DNA of 64,000 bases. It comes from Octopus sinensis (Eukaryota). Location: positions 24,986,001 to 25,050,000 of the forward strand of contig NC_043003.1 in the NCBI RefSeq assembly GCF_006345805.1, in the 5' to 3' direction. The notes beneath the pieces were generated by a model. That model ran no database searches, was not told the origin of the DNA, and saw nothing but the letters and a program-made list of their open reading frames with translations. The position numbers and the translations under genes are program-made. This document shows, piece after piece, positions 11,189 through 23,072 of this stretch (positions are counted from its first letter, which is position 1; the number at the start of each line of letters is the position of its first letter).

Positions 11189-12244
11189 ATATAATATGAA
11201 TGCATCCGGCGTTGCCCGGGTGTTATGACCTACAGCAACATTGTATTATTTGTTCCTTTCTTATGGGCAAAATCGGCACGCAAGGAGTATGAAGTATATA
11301 ACTCCTCTTTATAAACATGTTCTTCGGTCATTTTGTGATGAACAAAGCTGCAGTTTCCGTTTACCAAATTCAGTCACAAGTCTGTGGCTGGTCTAGGGCT
11401 ATAATAGAAGGCACGTGCCCAAGTTACCATGCAGAGGGACTGAACGTGGAACCATGTGGTTAGAAAACAAGCTTCTCAACCACACAGTCATTGTGAAACC
11501 TAATAAGTGCGTGTGTCCCACTATTTCTCAAAGTTCATCAAACAGAGATCTATAAAATAAATGCCAGATTGAAATACGTACCGAGGCCAGTATGGTCAAT
11601 TAAATTTTCGAAGATGATACCTCATCAGGGTGACAGTCGAAAGACTAAACCCAGTAAAATAAGGCTTAAAAATGTAATGGCTTCATATTTAAGGTAATGG
11701 ATTACTAACCTCAAGATAATGAGTTCAAAATTTTGCATTGAACTTCCACTCTATACGATAACACTATATGTATGAGTTAGAGATTAATAAAACATCTAAG
11801 GCATATTAAACATCCAATATTCTACTTGGTGTACACCTACGTATTTTTAACCAAGTGCTTACTATTGCATGGCAGTATTGCAATTGAATACAAGGTATGG
11901 ATGGGGTTACATTGGAAGTTTACCCAGGATTTATAAGGCAAATAAGAAAATGGGGAGGATATAAAATCGACAAACAGCAGACAGTGAACATTCCATTATA
12001 TTTATTTATTAATTGATAACAATGATAACCTAATTGGCCAATTAGGTTGTAGGATTGACTTTGACATCACCCCACTACGCATAGGGGTATTGTGATTAGT
12101 TTTCGGCCAATAAGTAACAAATATTAACACCGCACTAAGGTTTTACCCAGTTTTTCTTTCATTAATGTACTTATGTATTAATTTCCCCCTATCAGGTTCA
12201 ATTTAAGTTATTTCGGTCAACTCCTTTAATATTGCTATATCTAT

Positions 12245-12406
12245 CTGAGTTCAAATTCCGCCGAGGTCGACTTTGCCTTTCATCCTTTCGGGGTCGATTA
12301 AATAAGTATCAGTAAATCACTGGGGTCGATATAATCGACCTTAATCCCCTTGTCTGTCCTTGTTTGTCCACTCTATGTTTAGCCCCTTGTGGGCAATAAA
12401 GAAATA
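12245..12406 (+). mobile_element. 5'-truncated SINE family A copy with 9-bp TSD, nested in the PLE-like element
   Basis: TATATCTAT at 12236-12244 and 12407-12415 flanks a family A body. Confidence 0.85.
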
Positions 12407-12741
12407 TATATCTATTAAATAGCGTTTAGCCTCTAACTTCTGACTCCTGTAGCATGGACCATACCATTAAACCCACCACATAGCATACTACCTTTACTAT
12501 TTCCCTCCATGTAAACCGCAGCCTACGGATATATCTCCCGAGAGTGACTTTATTTACTTACCACAAGATGGAATACCATGGATTTTAATAACACCTTGAA
12601 ATGAAGTTCTTACTTTTCCTTACCATGTCTATTACATTACATTATTTTTTATTTTCTACCTCTTTTACTCTATCTTATCTTATTTACCCTATTCTATTAT
12701 TCTAACTGAATTTCCCACATGTTAGTTTCCTAACATTTGTG

Positions 12742-12844
12742 CTCTCTGAAGAAGCCTTGAGGCTCAACCATTACCCAATCTCTGTCCCTGTATATCATCG
12801 ACTTGGAAGATTCTGAGGCCTCATGGTAGAAACGGCCGTAAGTG
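12742..12844 (+). ncRNA. Type I hammerhead motif with extended stem II
   Basis: CTCT-CTGAAGA-A-GCCTTGAGG..long loop..CCTCATGGT-A-GAAA-CGGCCGT-A-AGTG: palindromic ACGGCCGT stem III, GUA triplet, stem I 3 of 4 pairs. Confidence 0.7.
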
Positions 12845-13061
12845 ATTTGTATCTGTACACTCATCTATTATTCTTCATTCATCTCTATACATGTATCTGT
12901 TTACGTATTTATTGGCCGATCTCATTCGTTTACTTGTACCACTTAAACACATGTTTGTTATCATTTAATAAATAGATATAATGGAATGTTTACTGGCTGA
13001 CGTTTGTCGATTTTACATCCTCTCCATTTTCTTATTTGCCCTATATATATAGTTATATTAA

Positions 13062-13379
13062 AGGGGATCAGGATAAAAAAAACAACCTTCTCCAATATAC
13101 TGAAAATAGACGCCAAAGGCTCTGAAAGGCTACCTTAAGACTAAACAACTCAGGTTGTAAGCGGGCAAATGAAAAATACTAAATAAAATAAGGGAAATAA
13201 GCTTTTTTATTGCTTTTATCCCGAAATTGGACCCAACACACAATTAACTGTGAAGTTTATTTAGTGATTTTTATTTGCTCACTTTCAACTTATGTTTTTT
13301 TGAATAGTTATACGGTTGTTTTTAGCGCCTTTGACGTCTATTTTCAGCTTGCTGGAAAAGGTTTTTTATCCTGATCCCT
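13062..13379. mobile_element. About 320-bp MITE with about 60-bp imperfect TIRs (TTAA-AGGG ends, Kolobok-like?)
   Basis: TTAA|AGGGGATCAGGATAAAA...CTGAAAATAGACGCCAAAGGC versus GCCTTTGACGTCTATTTTCAG...TTTTATCCTGATCCCT|TTAA. Symmetry extends into flanking TA repeats, so the true ends are ambiguous. Confidence 0.75.
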
Positions 13380-13571
13380 TTAATATAATTATATATATAA
13401 TTAGTAATTTAGTATATAAATTACCTAAAAGGACTTCATTAATGCTGACCACTTGATATAATCATTAATGTGATTTTGTCCTCAATTCTACCAAGAATAA
13501 TTAATAATGATAATGATAATGATAATATATATATTATCATTATTATTATGATAATATGCCATATATATATA

Positions 13572-14071
13572 TGACCGCGGCCATGCTGGAGCACCGCCTT
13601 TAGTCGAGCAAATCGACCCCAGGATTTATTCTTTGTAAGCCTAGTACTTATTCTATCGGTATCTTTTGCCGAACCGCTAAGTTACGGGGACGTAAACACA
13701 CTACCATCGGTTGCCAAGCGATGTTGGGGGGACAAACACAGACACACTAACATATACGCACATACATTTATATATATATATATATTGGCCTGCTCGCTTA
13801 GCCAGCGGGGTGGCATCATTTGAAGGCTAAAACAATGCGAAGCGCATTGTGACCACCGATGTGTAGCAACATCTGATAGCCTGGTCGGTCACGGTGATCA
13901 CGGTGATATACATATATACGACGGGCTTCTTTCAGTTTCCGCCTACCAAATCCACTCATAAGGCTTTGGTCGGCCCGAGGCTATAGTAGAAGACACTTGC
14001 CCAAGGTGCCATGAACCCGGAACCATGTGGCTGGTAAGCAAGCTACTTACCACACAGCCACTCCTGCGCCT
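13572..14071 (-). mobile_element. Composite SINE family B with nested insertion
   Basis: Reverse complement of family B; an unrelated segment of about 120 bp (13786-13908) ending in tandem CACGGTGAT sits in its microsatellite. Confidence 0.85.
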
Positions 14072-14342
14072 ATATATATATATATTATATATATATATAT
14101 ATAATATAATATATATATAATATATATATACACACACACACGCACACACACACACACACAAATATTCTATAATTATAAGTATAATTATAATTAGGGATCA
14201 GCTAATTGCTTCACCACATACCGATTTAGAAATAGGAGTTAAAAATTCCTTTTCTACTACTGTAAGAATGTCCACGACAGTAATACACTTTTTACGTAGG
14301 CAAAGAGAAAAAAAACAATGAATCAACACGACTTTGATTAGC

Positions 14343-14399
14343 TACAGACGCGTTTCGAGATTAAAGTGTTTTTAATTACTTACTTCTCTCTTCAGTGTA
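14343..14399 (-). ncRNA. Canonical minimal type I hammerhead ribozyme motif
   Basis: Minus strand: TACA-CTGAAGA-GAGA[24 nt]TCTC-GAAA-CGCGT-C-TGTA; all core bases intact, 4-bp stems I and II, palindromic ACGCGT stem III, GUC triplet. Confidence 0.85.
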
Positions 14400-14421
14400 T
14401 GTACGTATGTATATATATATA

Positions 14422-14483
<62 letters not shown>

Positions 14484-14904
14484 TTGCGTGTATAAGTATG
14501 TATGTATGTAATGTATGTATGTATGTATAGGTATAAATATACACGCTTATGTATATCTAAATATTTATATTCATATATAGAACCATACGCACACACACAT
14601 GTATGTGTGTTTTGGCAAGAGTTTTCATATGATATGGAGTAATAAAAGAAATATTGTTGTATTTTGGAAGAGTCATATTTTCCAATAATTAAGTAAACAC
14701 AGTGTGCTTGTGTTTAACATTTTAAGCGAAGATAAATCTTCGAAAACCGACTCATGCCCACTCACATACACATACACGCATACACACACTCCTACACACA
14801 TACATGCACACACACACACACACACACACACACCACACACACAAACTCACACACACACATATATATGTATTTACACACATATAACGCATAAATACGTACA
14901 TGTA

Positions 14905-14936
<32 letters not shown>

Positions 14937-15075
14937 TGTATGTGTGTGTGTGTGTGTGTGTGCGCGCGCGCGTGTGTGTGTGTGTGTGTATGTATTTATG
15001 TGAACAAATGGCAGAAAGTAGCATTTAACACATTTGATTGAAGTTACATGTATTTAACAACAGTCTAACTCAGCT

Positions 15076-15129
15076 CTACATGAATTAAAGTTTCGTGGGC
15101 GTAGGACGCGTACACCTCATCAGATGTGG
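15076..15129 (-). ncRNA. Slightly decayed hammerhead motif
   Basis: Minus strand: CCACAT-CTGATGA-G-GTG..GCGT[CCT]ACGC..CAC-GAAA-CTTTAATT-C-ATGTAG; stem I 5 of 6 pairs, stem III mismatched. Confidence 0.55.
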
Positions 15130-15974
15130 TAAACATCTGATGAGATGGAGTTTATCATACATACATACATACATACATACATACATACATACATACATAC
15201 ATGCATATACCTCTGTTGTGCTGATTTTCTATCTATTGGTAGATATTTTGTCTGATTAATGGCGCTCTATATGTGACCGTTTAATCTGTGCTTTTGGTGA
15301 TATGAACCGTACTCAGGATTACATTTTCTAGTGTCTTTTACCCTTTTTTTTTACGAACATCCATGTACACCTGAAGGAAATTCGGCTGCTATTTTTGCAT
15401 GGTTGTGCAATTGCGTGGAAGCTTAATGAATGGTTCATGAATATAAATTCATATAGCAGCAGTGGTAAGTGAGCACCGTTATGTAGGTCTATGCTGCTGC
15501 TGGCGTCTTTGGCCAGAGCGATTTGGTTTCGATTCTCAGTTGTCACTATTTCTCTTTCAACATTCTGATCAAAGACATTCTATTAATGACCATTTTGTCA
15601 CCATTCTCGATGTGTAAACTAATGCATCCTTCATTCCTAAAACTGTAGGATGTAATTTGAAGAGCATCTGGCAGCTATTTCTTGTAGTATTAGTGACCTT
15701 ATATGAATCATTGTTCAGTTCTGATCGTCTAGATAGGTTTTTAATCAAAGGCGTTCCAACAGTGATCTATCCCATTTATTATTTTTTTTAATGTTTAATA
15801 CATTATCTAGCGTGTCTTATATCTTTTAAAGGCAGTATGGTGTGATGTGAGTGAGATTTGGTTGTGATTTCGAGCAGGTCGGAGGACAACATAAAGTCCG
15901 ACTCTTTTACTCGTAGAATGAATTGTTGCATGTTGTTTTCTGGTCTTGTGCAAAATTAGAAAGAAGAATTATTC

Positions 15975-16401
15975 GGAGAGCTGGCAGAATAGTTAGCACG
16001 GCGGGCAAAATGCTTAGCGGTACTTTGTCCGTCTTCATGTTCTGAGTTTAAATTCAGCCGTGGTCGGCTTTGTCTTTCATTCTTTCGGGGTTGATGAAAA
16101 ATGTAGCAGTCAAGTACTGGGGTCTATGTAATCGGCTATCCTCCTCCCCCCAAATTTCAGGTTTTGTTCCTGAAGTAGAAAGGATTATGATTATTAATAA
16201 GGCAGCGAGCTGCCAGAATCGTTAGCACACCAAGCGAAACGTTTCGTGGTATTTCGTCTGTCTTCATGTTTTGAGTTGAATTTTCGCCAGCCTTTCATCC
16301 TTTCGAGGTCAACAAATTAAGTACCAGTTGAACTCTGGGGTCGGTGTAATCGGCTAGTATTCTCCCCCAAAATTCCTGGCCTTCTGTCAAAATTTGAAAC
16401 C

Positions 16402-16434
<33 letters not shown>

Positions 16435-16457
16435 TAATAATAATAATAATAATAATA

Positions 16458-16504
<47 letters not shown>

Positions 16505-16715
16505 GGTGGTAAGCTCGTAGAATCGGTAGCACGTCGGGCAAAATGCTTAGGGGCATTTCGTTTGACTTTAACTTCTGAGTTCAAATTCCACCGAGGTTGA
16601 CGTTGGCTTTTATCCTTTCAGGGTCGATAAATTAAGTAACAGTAAAACACTGGGGTCGATTTAATCGACTCACCCCCTCCAATTGCCGCCCTTGTGGAAA
16701 AATTTGAAACCATTA
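15975..16715 (+). mobile_element. Three consecutive diverged SINE family A variants with an alternative tail, plus an (AAT)n/(ATT)n block
   Basis: Three heads near 15975, 16198 and 16503; tails CCCCCCAAATTTC..GAAA..ATTATTA. Confidence 0.75.
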
Positions 16716-16738
16716 TTATCAATATTATTACTATTATT

Positions 16739-17285
16739 GAGTGAGAGAGCAGTGCATGCCATCAAAGTGACACTGGGGTAATATATACGAAGCCTAGTAT
16801 ATCCATCATGACTACTCATCTGATAAGGGTACACTAGGCACATGCATCACAACTGTATGTACGTGGGTGATCTCATATTAAGATAAAAAGCGCATGACCT
16901 TGCAGGTGAAGCCCAGTTGGAATTTTCTTGAGGTCGAGTAGCCTATACCACTCAAAAGGTCTCTGAATAAGGGTTGTTTAAGGATATTGAACGAATCACC
17001 CGTTTCCAGAGGTGAATTATCCAAAACCCAAAGAATCCCTCTCAACACATGGCTATGATGCTCTTCCGCTACTTGTGCTCGTGATCAGAGATGCACATAT
17101 TGTCAGCCATAGGGGACATGCTCAACTGGTTGAGGTCAAACAACTGACAAGCAAATCTATAGTATTGAGCAGAATATTTGCTGTAGCCCATCTTTTACAC
17201 CAAGACAAAACAATGTACATGAAAATACTTCCAATCAGTTAAGATCAGAAGCCACGAGAGCCGCTGCCTGGCACTGTATCAGGGC

Positions 17286-17289
<4 letters not shown>
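16739..17289. mobile_element. About 555-bp (ATT)n-embedded element, copy 1
   Basis: Starts GAGTGAGAGAGCAGTGCATGCC, ends ATCAGGGCATTT, flanked by ATT repeats; colinear with copies at 45613 and 46207. Confidence 0.85.
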
Positions 17290-17335
<46 letters not shown>

Positions 17336-18081
17336 GGAATTTATCCGAGTATGGGCAGCATGTTACTTTCTAAAATAATTTGAGTGCATTTAAAACGTTC
17401 CCAATGCATTAAGGGGAAAGCGTAGAAATATTACACAACCCATTTCCGATTGTTTTTTAAATTTTTATCTTAAGATAGCCCCAAGCTTCATCCCAGTCAA
17501 TACAAAAAGATCGGTTGAAGAAAACAAGAACACGGTCTATATTATTTTTGCCAAAAAACCAATGTGTCGAGTTTCTTTGTCATATTATTCAATCTATGGC
17601 TTTGTGCCATTAGGATGAACCAATATTAAGTCTGCTCTGTTATTGAGCTTATTCTTAAATGTATTGAACAAAACTGGTTTAAACTGTACTGAATAATACA
17701 ATATCGGAGTTCTGTAGTCAGCAGCATATCCACAGAAACGTACATGTGCATACACACAGATACATGTACACACAGACACACATACACACGTATCCCACCT
17801 CACACAAATGTTGTAGTTTCCAATCCGGATATCTCGACACGCCGGTGTACCATAGATAGGTAGAATTGTCGCGTTGTTTTAAGCTCATAGCGTTTTATTG
17901 AACCCTCCACGTGTAAAGTTGACCGGCAAAGTGAAACAAACTGCACTGGATTAAACTAAAACCTAAACAAATGATCGCTAATAGTCGGCAATAAATGGGA
18001 TATCTCGACACACCTGGGTGTCGTGGGTAGTAGTAGTTGTCGTGAGGGTTTTCATTTAAGGTGATCTTTTGAACGTTCCGT

Positions 18082-18335
18082 GGAGGCGCGTGACTTAGTG
18101 GTTAGGGTGTCAGCATCATGATCGTAAGATTGTGGTTTCGATTCCTGGACCGGACGATGCGTTGTGTTCTTGAGCAAAACACTTCATTTCATGTTGCTCC
18201 AGTCCACTCAACTGGCAAAAATGAGTAACGCTGCCATGGACTGGCGTCCCATCCAGCTTGGGAACCCATACGCCATGGAAACCAGGAAACCGGGCCCATG
18301 AGCCTGGCTAGGCTTTAAAAGGGCGCATTTATTAT
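18082..18335 (+). mobile_element. tRNA/CORE-type SINE family C
   Basis: GGAGGCGCGTGACTTAGTGG...GTTTCGATTCC head; CORE-like GTTGTGTTCTTGAGCAAAACACTT; ATGGACTGGCGTCCCATCCAG; ATT tail. Confidence 0.75.
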
Positions 18336-18541
18336 TATTTGAACGTTCCACATCTAAGATGACGGATAAAGCAAAGCAAACTTTAAGTTACCCTACTCCA
18401 CCTCCATTTCAAGCTACTTCCTAGTAATCTGAAATGGGTTTCATACCACTCCTGAGTTAACCTAAATCCGATTTCATATTAAGCCTCTCTGTTCACATCT
18501 CTCCTCTGATTTTGCTATGATAACTCATGATACGTTTATAA

Positions 18542-18645
18542 CAGCCGTCCTCAACCGGGTCCAGATAGCCCTTGGGGATCCTATAGCCCATGGATATCCC
18601 TAAGGTCCTTGAGAATTCTTATGACTCTTGGGTGGGGGTCCACAT
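18542..18645 (+). mobile_element. Possible hAT-type non-autonomous remnant
   Basis: Begins CAGCCGTCCTCAACCGGGTCC, resembling hAT CAG..TTCTCAACC termini; partner TIR not found. Confidence 0.3.
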
Positions 18646-19056
18646 AAGCTATGATACAGGTGTTGTAGGTAGTCAGAGATATCGCGAAACATTTAAATTT
18701 AAGGCGATCTTTCTTATCAAGCGAAACAAACCGCATCGAGTCAAATGTCGGCAACAATCGGCAATAATCGCCAAGTGTTCAGTACGTAGATCTCATCGAT
18801 TCAACGGTATATACAAATATAATTGAAAAGAAATGTAGAATCATATGAAAAATAAATATTGCGTTCTAGCATAGAACTTCAGAGAATTCTATTGGAAACA
18901 CAGCTACAGGATTTTACCTGGCATTAATCACACAAACATGTTTTCACGGCGTTCAACAAATACACGAGGCATTATTATTCAATATAATTATCATATTTCA
19001 TATTTCGTTTTTGGATTGGTTTGCAAGATTCTTTATGAGAGTTCGTGTTTTGAAGC

Positions 19057-19295
19057 ATATTCTGTTGTGTCTGGGGAGAGTCATTTTCTTTTTGTGCCTT
19101 ATAACTTAACACACTCACCGGTAAAATTTCCCACTTGTTTCTTATTTTTATGAGAGTCGAGACTATTGAAAAGGTTGCAAGACGCAACGAAAATTTTAGG
19201 AAAATAAAAATAAGAAATAAATGGAAATTTTACCGGTGGGTGTTAAGTTATGAGGCACAAAAAGAAAATGACTCCCCCCAGACACAACAGAATAT
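19057..19295. repeat. About 92-bp inverted repeat pair with about 54-bp spacer
   Basis: 19057-19150 is the reverse complement of 19205-19295 apart from a few substitutions and indels. Confidence 0.9.
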
Positions 19296-19333
19296 CGTAT
19301 TTCAGTTTAGGAATTTAATATTAAAATGAAATA

Positions 19334-19790
19334 GGGCGGTGAGCTGGTAGAATCGTTAGCACGCCGGGCGAAATGCTTAGCAGTATTTCGTCTGCCGTTA
19401 CGTTCTGAGTTCAAATTCCGCCGAGGTCGACTTTGCTTTCATCCTTTCATGGTCGATAAATTAAGTACCAGTTATGCACTGGGGTCGATGTAATCGACTT
19501 AATCTGTTTGTCTGTCCTTGTTTGTCACTTCTGTGTGTAGTCCTTTGCGAGCAGTAAAGAAATAAGAATCGTTAGCACGCCGCGCGAAGTGCCCACCGGC
19601 ATTTCGTCCGTTTTTTATGTTGAGTTCAAATTCTGCCGAGGTTGACTTTGCCTTTAATCTTTTCGGGTGGTGGTGGTGGTGGGGCGGTAGTCGAGAAAAT
19701 AAGTACCAGCTGAGTACTGGGGTTTGACGTAATCGACTTACTCCGATCTTGCTGACCTTGTACCAAAATTAGAAATTAATATCAAAATGA
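19334..19790 (+). mobile_element. SINE family A, full copy plus a diverged following copy
   Basis: Family A head and body. Confidence 0.8.
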
Positions 19791-20029
19791 AGTGAAATAA
19801 ATAAACACAGTTTATACAAAATTGGATTTTCCAATTATCACTTCGTTACATTAAGTATCACTCAGTTTTATTTCAAGGCCGATTATTGTTTTTGTTATTG
19901 AAAGTTATTAACGACTATTTGTGTTTAGCTTTTCATTTCGATTCAGTGCAGCGTGTTTCGGCTTTGTCCACCAGCTTATATTTACAAAATTCGAAAAGCT
20001 CGCCAAATTTAAATATCAGTTATGAAATA

Positions 20030-20609
20030 TCGATTTCAAATTTTGGCACAAGGCCAGCAAGTCTCAACTGGTACTTATTTTATCGATCCCGAAAGAATGA
20101 AAGGCAAAGTCGACCCCAGCGGCATTTCAAGCTCAGAACACAAAGACGGATGAAATGCTACTGAGCATTTCGCCCGACGTGCTAACGTTTATTATTTCTT
20201 TACTGCCCACAAGGGGTTACACACAGAGGGGACAAACAAGGACAGACAAACGGATTAAGTCGAATATATCGACCCCAGTGCGTAACTAGTACTTATTTAA
20301 TCGACCCCGAAAGGATGAAAGGCAAAGTCGACCTCGGCAGAATTTGAACTCAGAACGTAACGGCAGACGAAATACCTATTTCTTTATTGCCCACAAGGGG
20401 CTAAACACAGAGGGGACAAACAAGGACAGACAAACGGATTAAGTCGATTACATTGACCCCAGTGCGTAACTGCTACTTAATTTATCGACCCCGAAAGGAT
20501 GAAAGGCAAAGACGACCTCGGCGGAATTTAAACTCAGAATGTAAAGGCAGACGAAATACCGCTAAGTATCTCGCCCGGTGTGCTAACGATTCTGTCAGCT
20601 AGTCACCTT
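20030..20609 (-). mobile_element. SINE family A cluster (variant copy plus head-and-two-body dimer)
   Basis: Reverse-complement bodies at about 20192-20377 and 20378-20609. Confidence 0.85.
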
Positions 20610-21451
20610 ACTAAAGTCTATAAACATTAGCACGTAAAAAATATTTTGTTTAAAAAGTACCCCTTGGAGGGAAAAAAAAGTTTGTTCAAGGTTTTTTTTT
20701 TAACAAAATATTCTACGTGCTTATATTTGTAGCATTATCTACTTGTAGTTACACCATTAAAAAACGATTTATTATAAATCTATATTGTTTTGATAGACAG
20801 ATATCGATTTTGGTTTCAGGTTAAGATTATTATTTACTGTTTAACAAATATTGTTAAAACTCTGATGACTATAAAACCTAAATACTGCAGCGAGAGATGT
20901 TTTTGTTCATGTAAATAGATATTTAACCACAGGCCAGGTTTTTTTGACCAAACCATGAGCGTTCCATTCATGATTTTTTGATCTTTTTGTGTATCTAGAA
21001 CACACTGAGCAGTGTATATCTAACGTTTTCTTTCATTTTTTCTTCTCTCTTTTTTTTTATGTATTCAAAGGTGCGATTTGAGGAAATTTTGCTGCTATCT
21101 TTAGTAGGCATTCAGACCGCACGGGGTTCCCTCGATATTTCTGGCTAAAATCAAAGTGCAATATAATTTATTTTGAAATAAAGGACAGCACAAGGACAGC
21201 AGTTTAAAGTGGAAGCGCAATCGACTGCATCGGCCCCACAGCTCAACTAGTACTTATTCTATCAACTCCAAGAGAATGAAAGGCAAAGTCGATCTTGGTG
21301 GTATTTGAACAGAGCGCTTACTTAAATTTAGGTAATTATCTAAACTCATATATGTGTAGAGTAGTGATTTCAAACGTTTCTGTGACCTGTTCACCTTCAT
21401 CTTCCTTTGCTTAAGATATGCGATACCTTTAGTGATATTTGTTACTTGAGT

Positions 21452-22250
21452 AAGGTGGCGAACTGGCAGAACCGTTAGCACGCCGGACGAAATACTTAGC
21501 GGTATTTCGTCTGCCATTACGTTCTGAGTTCAAATTCCGCTGAGGTCGACTTTACCTTTCATCCTTTCGGGGTCAATTAAATAAGTACCAGTTACGCACT
21601 GGGGTCGATGTAATCGACTTAATCCGTTTGTCTGTCCTTGTTTGTCTCCTCTGTGTTTAGCCCCTTGTGGGTAGTAAAGAAATAGGTATTTCGTCTGGCG
21701 TTACGTTCTGAGTTCAAATTCCGCTGAGGTCGACTTTACCTTTCATCCTTTCGGGGTCGATTAAATAAGTACCAGTTACGCACTGGGGTCGATGTAATCG
21801 ACTTAATCCGTTTGTCTGTCCTTGTTTGTCTCCTCTGTGTTTAGCCCCTTGTGGACAATAAAGAAATAAAAATCGTTAGCATACCGGGCAAAATGCTTAG
21901 CGACATTTCATCCACCTTTACGTTATGAGTTCAAATTCCGCCGAGATTGATTTGACTTCCATCATTTAAGGATCGATAAAGTACTGGGGTTGATGTCATC
22001 GATTTATCTTCCCCTCAAAAACTGCTGGCCCTGTGCCAAAATTCGAAATCATTATTTATAGCTGTAACTAAGGCGGTGAGCTGACGAAATCGTTAGCACG
22101 CTGGATAAAATGCTTTATGTTCCGTGTTCAAATTCCGCCAAGGTTGACTTTATATCTCATCCTTTCCAGGCAGATGAAATGAGTAACAGTTGAGCGTTGG
22201 GTTCTATGTAATTGACAGGTCCCCTCTCCAAAATTTCAGGCTTGGAAGTT
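21452..22250 (+). mobile_element. SINE family A dimer (21452-21869) followed by two diverged copies
   Basis: Near-identical tandem bodies; body restarts after GTAAAGAAATAG. Confidence 0.85.
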
Positions 22251-22783
22251 TCATAAATCCTTATGACATAAACGATATAGACATAATTGTATTGAAATTT
22301 TATGCTGTATTTAGTCAGCAATAGTTGGTCATTAGTCATAGGTTTCCAACGAGATACTCACTGCTTATTGCTTTTAATATGATCAGAGCTTCAAGGGAGT
22401 GTCTATGCAACTCAGGCGGAAAAAGCATCATACGGTATTTTAGTTCAAAAGTACTGGTTTATCGATTTTCCCAACGATATTTACGTCTTTATGCACCAGC
22501 GAAAGACACACACACACATATTTGCAAAGTTTAACTATCTCATTAAAGTGTGTTTATGTTTTTCATACTCTGTAAGGAATTTTTGTTTAAAGGTGGTCGA
22601 AGGAGAATATGAAGCCTACACCCTAACTGACCCCGATTTCCACCGTAAAAAAAGGCACGATATATATATATGTGTGTGTGTGGTGTGTGTGTATAGTCAG
22701 AATATACAAAAAAAAAAACAAAAGACGAAGACGGGTGTGTAAACAACAGATGTATTAGTTTAACGCTCCCGAAGTGAGGAAGT

Positions 22784-22819
22784 CTTTTACGTTTCGAGCC
22801 TACGCTCTTCAACAGAAAG
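22784..22819 (-). ncRNA. Hammerhead-like motif with variant core CTGTTGA
   Basis: Minus strand: CTTT-CTGTTGA-A-GAGC[GTAG]GCTC-GAAA-CGT-A-AAAG; perfect stems, palindromic ACGT, A6 replaced by U. Confidence 0.55.
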
Positions 22820-22879
22820 GAACACAAAAATAAACAAGGAGAGAAAAAAGAAAAAGGTTTAGTGGCTAACGATCTAGAC

Positions 22880-23072
22880 ATGCAGGAAGTAAATAGACAC
22901 CTTTAATTTTTTAAAATTCTGATCTGTGCGTCTTAATATGTTTTCAGCGGTGTAGAATTTACAATGTAATTATTCTTTTTCATTCCAGGTGCCATTATAG
23001 TAAACATTTGCGAAAAGTAACCATGCCACGCACAAAAAATTCATCAGAACTGTCAGATTTTCAAAGAGGTCG
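22880..23072 (+). mobile_element. Tc1-like transposon 5' remnant
   Basis: ATG near 23022 reads MPRTKNSSELSDFQRGRI, like the Tc1 paired-domain start (ELSDFxRGxIVG); truncated by microsatellite. Confidence 0.55.

Larger units (their letters stand above)
11933..13044 (+). mobile_element. Penelope-like element remnant with about 88-bp inverted ends and an internal hammerhead
   Basis: 11933-12020 is the reverse complement of about 12957-13044 (about 9 mismatches); HHR at 12742-12844; a frameshifted ESDFIY..TMEYHGFNN-like stretch near 12535-12600 weakly resembles a PLE GIY-YIG C-terminus. Confidence 0.65.

Noticed and set aside
11595-11635. Minus-strand CTGATGA...GAAA
   Set aside because: Lies in a decayed SINE tail; stems do not form.
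18670-18810. CpG-rich open frame RYRETFKFKAIFLIKRNKPHRVKC
   Set aside because: Poor splice signals and no recognisable homology.
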